The notes below the pieces were generated by a model. It searched no databases. It worked only from the letters and a program-made list of their open reading frames with translations, and had not been told where the DNA came from. 32,000 bases of DNA from positions 42,860-74,859 of the forward strand of contig LVZN01000005.1 in the NCBI GenBank assembly GCA_001695645.1, read 5' to 3'. The translations under genes and the position numbers were made by a program. Shown piece after piece: positions 8,741 to 16,424 of the stretch (its first letter is position 1; each line of letters starts with the position of its first letter). This DNA comes from Erysipelotrichaceae bacterium MTC7. Its GTDB lineage: Bacteria > Bacillota_I > Bacilli_A > Erysipelotrichales > Erysipelotrichaceae.

Positions 8741-9952
8741 TTATGAAGCATGATACTTTTGTGCGCTATAGATCGTATACTTTTGATTCACTAGATAGGC
8801 AACAGCACATACAAGTAAGAAATAGGGTAGATAACTAAATCCAAAGACTTCTACACCAATAAAGGATGGAGCAAGAAATGTACGCGTTGCACTCCCAAAG
8901 ACACTTGCATAACCTAAAGCTGCTACAAATGTAAACGGCAATTGGAAAATAGAAGATAGCACAATACCAAAACTTGCGCCAGTAGCAAATAAAGGAGTCA
9001 CTTCACCACCAAGAAAACCAACCCCAATGGTAATAACGGTAAGTCCGATTTTGATTATCCAATCATAGTCATAAATCGCATGTCCCTGAAAACTATCGTT
9101 AATAAGGTTTGTCCCTAACCCTGAATAACGTCCACTATATAAAAGGATAGAGGCAATAGAGATAAAGATTCCGCCAATGATGATACGGATGATTGGGTTA
9201 GGAAAATATTTGGCAAAAAAGGTTTTTGATAGTTGCAGCAGTTTTGCAAAGACTATTCCAACTAGACCAAATAAGATACCAATTGCAATGAGTTTCACAA
9301 TAAGCATAGGTGAGAATGGAACTTGATCTTGTAGTGCAAAACTAAACTTCTCTAAACCTAGATATGATGACATTGCGCTTGCACTAAAAGCTGCAACCAA
9401 GGCAAAGGGAATTGCTTTGTAGTATAACTTACCGACAATAAGAACTTCTGTGGCGAAAAAGGTAGCAGCAATTGGAGTTTCAAATAATCCGGCAAACCCA
9501 GCAGCAATCCCAATAACGATAAATGTTTTACGATCATTATCTAAGTGGAAAATGTTTCCTAGACGATTGGACAAGGTTGCACCAAGTTGAACGGCAACAC
9601 CTTCACGTCCAGCACTCCCACCAAATAAGTGAGTAAGCCAAGTACCTAAAATTGAAAAGGGAATCATACGTAAAGGAATGTATGTTTCATTTGTCTTTTC
9701 ATCAGCGGTCTCAAAGACAAGCGTCATTCCTTTTGTTGCAGATGAACCATATCGTTGATAGATGTAAGTAAAGATTGTCCCAACAAATGCTAAAAAGGGT
9801 ATGAAATAGATAAAGTGTTCCACTCGAAAGTCACTAATACGTAATAATACCCTACCAAAAATGGTATCGATTATGCTGACACTAATACCAATAATCATGC
9901 TAAGTAGAAGTAACAGCAGTGTGTGTTTTATACGGGTGTGTGATGAATTCAT
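8741..9952 (-). CDS. CLC family anion channel/antiporter, probably the fluoride-specific CLC-F (EriC-F) subclass
   Basis: 403 aa polytopic protein carrying GSAGREGVAVQLG (gating-glutamate motif with V rather than P) and GGEVTPLF in place of GxFxP. It is the second gene of an operon headed by a fluoride riboswitch. An AAGGAG SD lies 7 nt upstream. Confidence 0.75.
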   Translation of the reverse strand: MNSSHTRIKHTLLLLLLSMIIGISVSIIDTIFGRVLLRISDFRVEHFIYFIPFLAFVGTIFTYIYQRYGSSATKGMTLVFETADEKTNETYIPLRMIPFSILGTWLTHLFGGSAGREGVAVQLGATLSNRLGNIFHLDNDRKTFIVIGIAAGFAGLFETPIAATFFATEVLIVGKLYYKAIPFALVAAFSASAMSSYLGLEKFSFALQDQVPFSPMLIVKLIAIGILFGLVGIVFAKLLQLSKTFFAKYFPNPIIRIIIGGIFISIASILLYSGRYSGLGTNLINDSFQGHAIYDYDWIIKIGLTVITIGVGFLGGEVTPLFATGASFGIVLSSIFQLPFTFVAALGYASVFGSATRTFLAPSFIGVEVFGFSYLPYFLLVCAVAYLVNQKYTIYSAQKYHAS

Positions 9953-10067
9953 AACGAGTCTCCTTTAAAAAACACCTACACACAAGCAGTGGTAGATGTT
10001 TGGTGTGATATGTTTGACTACTTGTAGTATGTAGCAACAATGACATGCTGTCAATTGAAGTGAAAGC

Positions 10068-11240
10068 TTAATGTTGTAGCAGTTTTTTATAAAGTGAATC
10101 AATGGCAAATGCACCAAGTGGTGCAGTAAGTAAAATGGCAAGAATGGAAACAGCAAGCACTAAATCTCCGCATGCAAGTCCCATACTTAATGGGATGGGA
10201 CCTAAGGCAGCTTGCACGGTTGCTTTGGGTGTATAGGCAATCATGGTAAAGATGCGTTCTTTGCGATTGAGTTTGCTTTTTACTAAACAGATAAGGACAC
10301 CTACCATTCGAAAGAGTAGTCCAAATAGTAAAAGTAGAATTGCTAGTACACCAATCGTTTGAATATACGAGATGTTGATAGAAGCGCCAACTAAAATAAA
10401 TAAAACAAATTCAGCGACTACCCATAAATGGTCATAGCGAAATTGCAATCGACTTGCCAATGTACTGTAGAATTGGTTAGTTGCAATTGCCATACTCATA
10501 ATTGCCAACAAAGCAGAAAATGGGATGTTAGGAAATTGATCTTGTATTTGAAGTAGTAAAAATGCAGTACTCATTAAGATCACAATTTTAATTGTGTCGC
10601 GCAGATGTAGTATTTGAAATAGTTTAGTAAGCAAGTATCCTACAAGAAAACCAACTGCAATACCTAAAAGAATGGAGATTGGCACATTGATAAAACTTGT
10701 AGCATCAACATGGTTTCCAGTTGCTAAAGTTGTACATGCAGTAAAGATTACAATGACAAATACATCATCAACAGAAGCCCCTGCTAATACCATCTGTGGA
10801 ATTCCTTGTTTTGTTCCATATCCATTATTCATGATTTGAATCATTCGTGGAACAATAACCGCAGGAGATACTGCAGCTAATACACTTCCAAGAATTGCAG
10901 CATCAAGTAAAGATATATGAAGTAGTGGCGGTGCAATTAGCATTACTCCAATGATCTCAAAACATGCAGGGACAAAACACATCAAAATTGCTGATCGTCC
11001 AACCGACTTCAACTCTTGTAAGTTTAGTGATAATCCGGCACGCGTTAAAATGATAATTAATGCAATCTGACGTAAGTCATCCGACATTTCTAAAATCTGT
11101 CCATCAATACAATTGAGTACATATGGACCCAATAACATTCCTGTTGCCATCATTCCAATTAAACTTGGTAAATGTAATTTCTTACAAATCGCACTAAATA
11201 TAATTCCTAATAAAAACATATATGCAAAACTTGTTAACAT
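10068..11240 (-). CDS. Cation:proton antiporter (Na+/H+ exchanger family, PF00999-like)
   Basis: 390 aa with about 11-12 TM segments and N-terminal similarity to CPA-type exchangers (LGIIFSAICKKLHLPSLIGMMATGMLLGP). A GGAGG SD lies 6 nt upstream. It sits immediately downstream of the fluoride riboswitch. Confidence 0.75.
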   Translation of the reverse strand: MLTSFAYMFLLGIIFSAICKKLHLPSLIGMMATGMLLGPYVLNCIDGQILEMSDDLRQIALIIILTRAGLSLNLQELKSVGRSAILMCFVPACFEIIGVMLIAPPLLHISLLDAAILGSVLAAVSPAVIVPRMIQIMNNGYGTKQGIPQMVLAGASVDDVFVIVIFTACTTLATGNHVDATSFINVPISILLGIAVGFLVGYLLTKLFQILHLRDTIKIVILMSTAFLLLQIQDQFPNIPFSALLAIMSMAIATNQFYSTLASRLQFRYDHLWVVAEFVLFILVGASINISYIQTIGVLAILLLLFGLLFRMVGVLICLVKSKLNRKERIFTMIAYTPKATVQAALGPIPLSMGLACGDLVLAVSILAILLTAPLGAFAIDSLYKKLLQH

Positions 11241-11251
11241 GTTATACCTCC

Positions 11252-11297
11252 AAAAAAAAGCTAATGAACTGCATAAAAAATGCAGAAATCATTAGCT
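11252..11297 (-). terminator. Intrinsic terminator forming the expression platform of the fluoride riboswitch
   Basis: The minus-strand RNA reads AGCUAAUGA-UUU-CUGCAU-UUUUU-AUGCAG-U-UCAUUAGCU followed by U8. Its 5' arm overlaps the conserved 3' UAAUGAUUUC segment of the aptamer. Confidence 0.8.
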
Positions 11298-11340
11298 TGC
11301 GCGGTTTCGATAATGTAATCGAGGGAGATTTCATTCCCTG
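11282..11340 (-). promoter_or_regulatory. Fluoride riboswitch aptamer (crcB motif)
   Basis: The minus-strand RNA reads AGGGA-AUGAAAUC-UCCCU-(CGAUUACAUUAUCG)-AAACCGCGCAAGC-UAAUGAUUUCUGC. P1 is AGGGA/UCCCU. Loop GAAAUC is perfectly complementary to the downstream GAUUUC (pseudoknot). Conserved AUG, AAAC and UAAUGA blocks are present, and the layout matches the 52-nt Thermotoga petrophila aptamer as I remember it. Confidence 0.8.
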
Positions 11341-11345
11341 CGCAT

Positions 11346-11374
11346 AGTATACAAAAGATTTAAGTGTTTGTCTA
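11346..11374 (-). promoter_or_regulatory. Sigma-A-type promoter for the riboswitch-antiporter-CLC transcript
   Basis: On the minus strand: -35 TAGACA, a 17-nt spacer, -10 TATACT. The -10 ends about 6 nt before the start of the aptamer. Confidence 0.55.
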
Positions 11375-11414
11375 TGATTACATTGCATATTTCATCATCT
11401 TTTCGGATATAGAA

Positions 11415-11443
11415 TTGTGTCATGTCACAAAATGTACTACAAT
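11415..11443 (+). promoter_or_regulatory. Candidate fhs promoter with an overlapping palindrome
   Basis: -35 TTGTGT (11415-11420), 17-nt spacer, -10 TACAAT (11438-11443). The 16-bp near-palindrome TTGTGTCA.TGTCACAA covers the -35 box. Confidence 0.45.
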
Positions 11444-11470
11444 AAAATGGATAAATAAGGAGTGGCGAAT

Positions 11471-13141
11471 ATGTATAAGACAGACTTAGAGATAGCACAG
11501 GAAGCAAAACTCCAGCCGATTGTAGAAATTGCAAAAAAAGCTGGAATTGCACAAGAAGATTTGGAATTGTATGGAAATGTAAAAGCAAAAGTATCGCTTG
11601 ATGTATTAAAGCAAGCGGAGCACAAACCAGATGGGAAGTTGATTTTGGTGACTGCAATTAACCCAACACGTGCTGGTGAGGGGAAAAGCACGACAACTGT
11701 TGGCTTGGTTGATGCCTTCAATCAAATCGGTAAAAAGGCGATGGTTGCTTTACGTGAACCTAGTTTAGGTCCAGTATTTGGAATTAAAGGTGGAGCCGCT
11801 GGGGGTGGTTATGCCCAAGTTGTACCAATGGAAGATATCAACCTTCACTTTACTGGTGATATGCATGCCATCACAACATGCAACAACTTAATTAGTGCAT
11901 GCTTGGATAATCATTTACACCAAGGGAATGCATTAGAAATTGACAAGGATCGTGTGGTCTTTAAACGTGTCTTAGATATGAATGACCGTGTTTTACGTCA
12001 AGTAGAAGTTGGGCTTGGACCAAAAGCAAATGGGGTAGAACGTCATGATGGTTTTACCATTACGGTTGCCAGTGAAATTATGGCAGTGTTATGTTTGGCT
12101 GATTCTTTAATGGATTTAAAAACACGTATTGGTAAAATTTTAGTTGCGTATAGTGTAGCGGGGAAACCAATTTATGTTAGTGATTTGGGAATTGCTGGAG
12201 CATGTGCGATGGTGATGAAAGATGCCATCAAACCAAACCTTGTACAAACATTAGAAAACAACCCAGTCTTAATTCATGGGGGGCCGTTTGCGAATATTGC
12301 ACACGGATGTAATAGTGTTTTAGCAACAAGAACGTGTTTGAAATTAGCTGATTATGTTATCACTGAAGCAGGTTTTGGTGCAGATCTAGGGGCAGAAAAA
12401 TTCTTGGATATCAAATGTCGTGAAGCAAACTTGCAACCAAGTGCAGTTGTGATTGTTGCAACCATTCGCGCTTTGAAACAACATGGAAATGTTGCTTATG
12501 AAGACTTGCAAACAGAAAACGTCGAAGCGATGTTGGAAGGATGCTGCAACCTGGAAAAACATATTGAAACCATTCAAGCTTTTGGTTTGCCATATGTAGT
12601 TGCAATCAACGAATTCGCTACAGATACACCAGCAGAAGTCGAAGCACTTCAAACATGGTGTAAACAACACAATCACCCAATGTCACTTTCACAAGTGTGG
12701 GCAAAAGGTGGAGCTGGTGCAGTTGATCTAGCCAATCAGTTGGTCGATTTAGTGGAACAAGAAAACACATACAAACCACTTTATGATTTGGATGCTTCAA
12801 TTGAAGATAAAATCTTGACCATTGCCCAAACATGCTATGGAGCAAGTGGTGTGCACTATACAGATGAAGCAAAAGCACAAATTGCAATGTTCACTGAACA
12901 AGGTTGGGACAAACTGGCAATTTGTATGGCAAAAGTTCCATCAAGTTTAACGGACGATGCAAAAATCTGTGGAGCACCAAAAGATTTCACCATCACCATC
13001 CGTGAACTACGACCATCGTTAGGAGCAGGGTTCATCGTTGCCTTAACAGGAAGTGTCATGACGATGCCTGGACTTCCAAAAGTTCCAGCAGCAAATCGCA
13101 TGGATATTGACGAGGATGGAAATATTACGGGATTATTTTAA
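11471..13141 (+). CDS. fhs: Formate--tetrahydrofolate ligase
   Basis: 556 aa matching Fhs along its full length as I remember it, including the P-loop-like nucleotide-binding segment [18 protein letters not shown] use the ATG at 11471, 8 nt after AAGGAG. The track start, GTG 11462, lies inside the SD. Confidence 0.95.
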   Translation: MYKTDLEIAQEAKLQPIVEIAKKAGIAQEDLELYGNVKAKVSLDVLKQAEHKPDGKLILVTAINPTRAGEGKSTTTVGLVDAFNQIGKKAMVALREPSLGPVFGIKGGAAGGGYAQVVPMEDINLHFTGDMHAITTCNNLISACLDNHLHQGNALEIDKDRVVFKRVLDMNDRVLRQVEVGLGPKANGVERHDGFTITVASEIMAVLCLADSLMDLKTRIGKILVAYSVAGKPIYVSDLGIAGACAMVMKDAIKPNLVQTLENNPVLIHGGPFANIAHGCNSVLATRTCLKLADYVITEAGFGADLGAEKFLDIKCREANLQPSAVVIVATIRALKQHGNVAYEDLQTENVEAMLEGCCNLEKHIETIQAFGLPYVVAINEFATDTPAEVEALQTWCKQHNHPMSLSQVWAKGGAGAVDLANQLVDLVEQENTYKPLYDLDASIEDKILTIAQTCYGASGVHYTDEAKAQIAMFTEQGWDKLAICMAKVPSSLTDDAKICGAPKDFTITIRELRPSLGAGFIVALTGSVMTMPGLPKVPAANRMDIDEDGNITGLF

Positions 13142-13146
13142 GTTAT

Positions 13147-13175
13147 AAGCCAAGGAAATTCCTTGGCTTTTCTTA
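13147..13175 (+). terminator. Terminator after fhs
   Basis: Stem aagccaagg / ccttggctt (9 bp) with a short AAATT loop, followed by TTTCTT. Confidence 0.7.
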
Positions 13176-13405
13176 CGTCTTTTCTTATCTAGGCATATGA
13201 CTGGGCAAAAGGTACTTGCTAAGTTAAGATGAAATAGCGCGATGGATATATTCCTTGCGTAAGAGAAGGTTTGGCCATGTATATGGTTCGTGGTGTGGAT
13301 GATTACTGTAGATAATTACAGCAATCAACAAAAACATCGTGGAGGCTATTTTATCATAAAAGAATGTTGCAAATAACGCTTCATAACCTCTATGATGTAT
13401 CGATA

Positions 13406-13454
13406 GAACAAGTCGTGGGCATCAAAAATGATGCTTGCGATTTGTTCTTTTTTT
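13406..13454 (+). terminator. Orphan terminator-like hairpin in the fhs-ald spacer
   Basis: Composite stem gaacaa..tcg..gcatca-AAAA-tgatgc..cga..ttgttc followed by T7. It lies upstream of the predicted ald promoter and follows no annotated gene. Confidence 0.5.
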
Positions 13455-13463
13455 GTATCTGCA

Positions 13464-13492
13464 TTTACCTTCATAAGGAATTGGCATATAAT
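13464..13492 (+). promoter_or_regulatory. Candidate ald promoter
   Basis: -35 TTTACC, 17-nt spacer, perfect -10 TATAAT (13487-13492), 26 nt upstream of the ald ATG. Confidence 0.5.
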
Positions 13493-13518
13493 TTAAGGAA
13501 GAATTATGAGGTGAAAGA

Positions 13519-14625
13519 ATGAAAATCGGATGTGTTAGAGAAATTAAGAAACATGAATATCGTGTAGGACTCACACCAGCAAGTGTGCAGGCTTATGTGC
13601 AAGCTGGACACGAGGTTTACATCGAAGAAGGTGCTGGAGTTGGTAGTGGATTTATGGATGAAGCCTACCACGAAGCGGGAGCAACAATCGTTACGAAAGC
13701 AAGTGAAGTATGGGAAACTGTCGACATGATGGTCAAAGTTAAAGAACCACTTGCAAGTGAATATGGCTATTTCCGTGAAGGACTTATCCTTTATACATAT
13801 TTGCACTTAGCGGCAAATGAAGAATTAACTGATGAATTGACAAAGAAGAAAGTAATTGCATTTGCCTATGAAACATTAAGCGATCAAGGAGAATTGCCAT
13901 TATTAAAACCAATGAGTGAAGTAGCTGGTCGACTTGCCCTACAAGAAGGTGCAAAATCATTAGAAGTACATAGCGGTGGACGCGGTGTATTGCTAAGTGG
14001 TGTACCAGGCGTCCAAAAAGGAAAAATAGTGATCATTGGTGGTGGTGTTGTTGGAACCCACGCCGCAAAAGTTGCAGTTGGATTTGGTGCAGACGTTGTC
14101 ATTTTAGATAAAAGTATTCGCCGCTTGGCACAGTTGGATGATATCTTTGGAAACAGCATCCAAACGCTATATTCCACAGATCATGAAATTGAAGAACAAT
14201 GTCGACAAGCAGACTTGGTTATTGGCGCGGTTTTAATTCCTGGAGCTGCAGCACCAAAACTAATTAAAAAATCATATTTAGCAAATATGCAACCAGGTAG
14301 CGTCATTGTTGATGTTGCAGTTGATCAAGGTGGATGTGCTGAAAGTACAAAAGCGACATACCATGACGATCCAACCTATGTCGTAGATGGTGTTGTGCAT
14401 TACTGTGTTGGAAACATGCCAGGAGCAGTTCCAAGAACATCAACGATTGCCTTAACCAATGCAACACTTGCTTATGGATTACGTATTGCAAATGAATCTA
14501 TGGAAAGTTTAATTCAAGATCCAGTGATGAAAAGTGCAATCAATACCTACCAAGGACACATTACCTTTGAAGGGGTTGCAACGGCTTTTGATAAACCATA
14601 CAAAGATAGCAAAGAGTTAATCTAA
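13519..14625 (+). CDS. ald: L-alanine dehydrogenase
   Basis: 368 aa. It has MKIGCVREIKKHEYRVGLTPASV at the N-terminus and the NAD fold GKIVIIGGGVVGTHAAKVAVGFGADVVILD. A GAGGTG SD is present. Confidence 0.93.
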   Translation: MKIGCVREIKKHEYRVGLTPASVQAYVQAGHEVYIEEGAGVGSGFMDEAYHEAGATIVTKASEVWETVDMMVKVKEPLASEYGYFREGLILYTYLHLAANEELTDELTKKKVIAFAYETLSDQGELPLLKPMSEVAGRLALQEGAKSLEVHSGGRGVLLSGVPGVQKGKIVIIGGGVVGTHAAKVAVGFGADVVILDKSIRRLAQLDDIFGNSIQTLYSTDHEIEEQCRQADLVIGAVLIPGAAAPKLIKKSYLANMQPGSVIVDVAVDQGGCAESTKATYHDDPTYVVDGVVHYCVGNMPGAVPRTSTIALTNATLAYGLRIANESMESLIQDPVMKSAINTYQGHITFEGVATAFDKPYKDSKELI

Positions 14626-14745
14626 GAAATACACAAAAAACCCTTAAAAATAAGAGTTAGGTTGTGAAAACTTTCTCAATAACATGCTTCACTTTTAAAA
14701 GAAAATGGAGTATTATAGAGATACTGAAACAGGAGGAATTATAAA

Positions 14746-15612
14746 ATGGCATTAGTATCAGCAAAAGAAATGCTTGAAAAAGCACATGCAGGACATTACG
14801 CAGTTGGTCAATTTAACATTAACAACTTAGAATGGACTAAAATGATTTTATTAGCTTGTGAAGAAGCAAAATCACCAGTAATCCTTGGAGTATCTGAAGG
14901 TGCTGGAAAATACATGACTGGTTACAAAACAGTAGTTGCAATGGTTGAAGCAATGGTTGAATCATTAGGAATTACAGTTCCAGTTGCATTACACTTAGAC
15001 CACGGTTCATACGAAGGGGCAAAAGCTGCTTTAGAAGCTGGATTCTCATCAATTATGTTTGATGGATCTCACTACCCATTCGAAGAAAACTTAGAAAAAT
15101 CAAAAGAAATCATCGAACTTTGCCACAGCAAAGGTGTATCTGTTGAATGTGAAGTTGGAGCAATCGGTGGAGAAGAAGATGGTGTTGTAGGTTCAGGTGA
15201 AGTTGCAGACCCTCAAGAATGTAAAGTTATCGCTGACTTAGGTGTTGACATGTTAGCTGCTGGAATCGGAAACATCCACGGAAAATACCCTGAAAACTGG
15301 GCTGGATTAAACTTCGAAGTTCTTGGACAAATCCAAGATGTAACAAGCGGAAAACCATTAGTATTACACGGTGGTTCAGGAATTCCAACTGACCAAATTA
15401 AAAAAGCAATCTCTTTAGGAGTATCAAAAATTAACGTAAATACAGAATTACAATTGGTATTTGCTGCTGCTACTCGTAAATACATCGAAGCTGGAAAAGA
15501 TTTAGAAGGTAAAGGATATGACCCTCGTAAATTATTAGCTCCAGGATGCGATGCAATCAAAACAGAAGTTCTTAATAAAGTTAAAGAATTCGGTTCTGAA
15601 GGAAAAGCGTAA
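14746..15612 (+). CDS. fba: Class II fructose-1,6-bisphosphate aldolase
   Basis: 288 aa matching Firmicute FbaA as I remember it (GQFNINNLEW, ALHLDHG, VLHGGSG). A strong AGGAGG SD is present. Confidence 0.95.
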   Translation: MALVSAKEMLEKAHAGHYAVGQFNINNLEWTKMILLACEEAKSPVILGVSEGAGKYMTGYKTVVAMVEAMVESLGITVPVALHLDHGSYEGAKAALEAGFSSIMFDGSHYPFEENLEKSKEIIELCHSKGVSVECEVGAIGGEEDGVVGSGEVADPQECKVIADLGVDMLAAGIGNIHGKYPENWAGLNFEVLGQIQDVTSGKPLVLHGGSGIPTDQIKKAISLGVSKINVNTELQLVFAAATRKYIEAGKDLEGKGYDPRKLLAPGCDAIKTEVLNKVKEFGSEGKA

Positions 15613-15624
15613 GCTGTTAAAACG

Positions 15625-15655
15625 AAAGTACATTTGAGAAAATGTACTTTTTTTA
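15625..15655 (+). terminator. Terminator after fba
   Basis: Stem aaagtacatt / aatgtacttt (10 bp) with loop TGAGAA, followed by a T-run. Confidence 0.85.
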
Positions 15656-15720
15656 TGGGAAAGGATGAACTCTTGACTTTTTTTTGATATGATAGGATGC
15701 GTAAGCAAGAAGGAGTTTTT

Positions 15721-16410
15721 ATGGATTGTACAGATCAAATGTTAGAACGCAAAGAAGCTTGGGTTTTAAAAAATGAAAATCTTTTAAAACAAGGGGTCTT
15801 TGTGATGGATATCAACAATACGTATATCGATGAAGATTGCACCATTGGCTTAGGAAGTACGATTTATCCAAATGTTTGGATTGAAAAAGGTACTGTGATT
15901 GGAGAAAATGTAACCATTTTACCAAACTCATTTCTATCCCATGCGACAATTGAAAACGGTGTAACCATTGATTCAAGTAAGATTGTGGATAGTATTGTTG
16001 GCGAGAATAGTGTTGTTGGACCAATGTCACATTTACGAAATCACACCCATATCAAAGGTGACGCTCGTATTGGAAACTTTGTGGAAATGAAAAATACAAA
16101 TTTCGGTCTAGGAAGTAAGTGTGCACACTTAACCTACCTAGGTGACAGTGATGTTGGTGAAAAAGTGAATTTTGGTTGTGGTGTTGTCACTGTAAACTAT
16201 GACGGAAAAAATAAATTCCGTACGGTTGTCGGTGATGGAGCTTTTGTTGGAAGTAACGTGAACTTAATTGCACCGGTAACCATTGGAAAAAATGCATTAT
16301 TAGCTGCAGGAAGTACCATCAATAAAGATGTGGAAGATGGAGCTATGGCGATTGCTCGACCATTTCAAGAAAACAAACCTGAAAAAGGTAATGAATATAA
16401 AAACAAATAA
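15721..16410 (+). CDS. GlmU-like left-handed beta-helix acetyltransferase domain only (glucosamine-1-phosphate N-acetyltransferase half; uridyltransferase domain absent)
   Basis: 229 aa. It aligns by eye with the helical arm plus LbH domain of GlmU (GVFVMDINNTYIDEDCTIG... GNFVEMKNTNFGLGSKCAHLTYLGDSDVGEKVNFGCGVVTVNYDGKNKFRTVVGDGAFVGSNVNLIAPVTIG). I use the ATG at 15721 because AAGGAG lies 5 nt upstream. prs follows, as in the conserved glmU-prs pair. Confidence 0.75.
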   Translation: MDCTDQMLERKEAWVLKNENLLKQGVFVMDINNTYIDEDCTIGLGSTIYPNVWIEKGTVIGENVTILPNSFLSHATIENGVTIDSSKIVDSIVGENSVVGPMSHLRNHTHIKGDARIGNFVEMKNTNFGLGSKCAHLTYLGDSDVGEKVNFGCGVVTVNYDGKNKFRTVVGDGAFVGSNVNLIAPVTIGKNALLAAGSTINKDVEDGAMAIARPFQENKPEKGNEYKNK

Positions 16411-16424
16411 AGAAGGAGAAAATC

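Noticed and set aside
9953-10067. A second fluoride riboswitch directly upstream of the CLC gene.
   Set aside because: I looked for the P1, pseudoknot, AAAC and UGAUG blocks on the minus strand and found none. There is only a simple AU-rich hairpin.
9965-10156. 63-aa minus-strand ORF spanning the antiporter-CLC spacer.
   Set aside because: It overlaps the 3' end of the antiporter gene in another frame, has no SD, and is explained by the intergenic hairpin region.
11331-11721. Minus-strand ORFs 11331..11657 and 11437..11721.
   Set aside because: They run antisense to fhs and through the two divergent promoters and the riboswitch. They have no SD and no recognisable family.
13176-13518. T-box or amino-acid riboswitch upstream of ald.
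   Set aside because: No specifier-loop or T-box (UGGUACCGCG-like) sequence, and no other aptamer motif I recognise. The terminator lies upstream of, not downstream of, the best ald promoter.
13364-13522. 52-codon plus-strand ORF (MLQITLHNLYDVSIEQVVGIKNDA...) in the fhs-ald spacer.
   Set aside because: It has no SD within range, and it reads straight through the terminator hairpin and the ald promoter and SD. It is most likely fortuitous.
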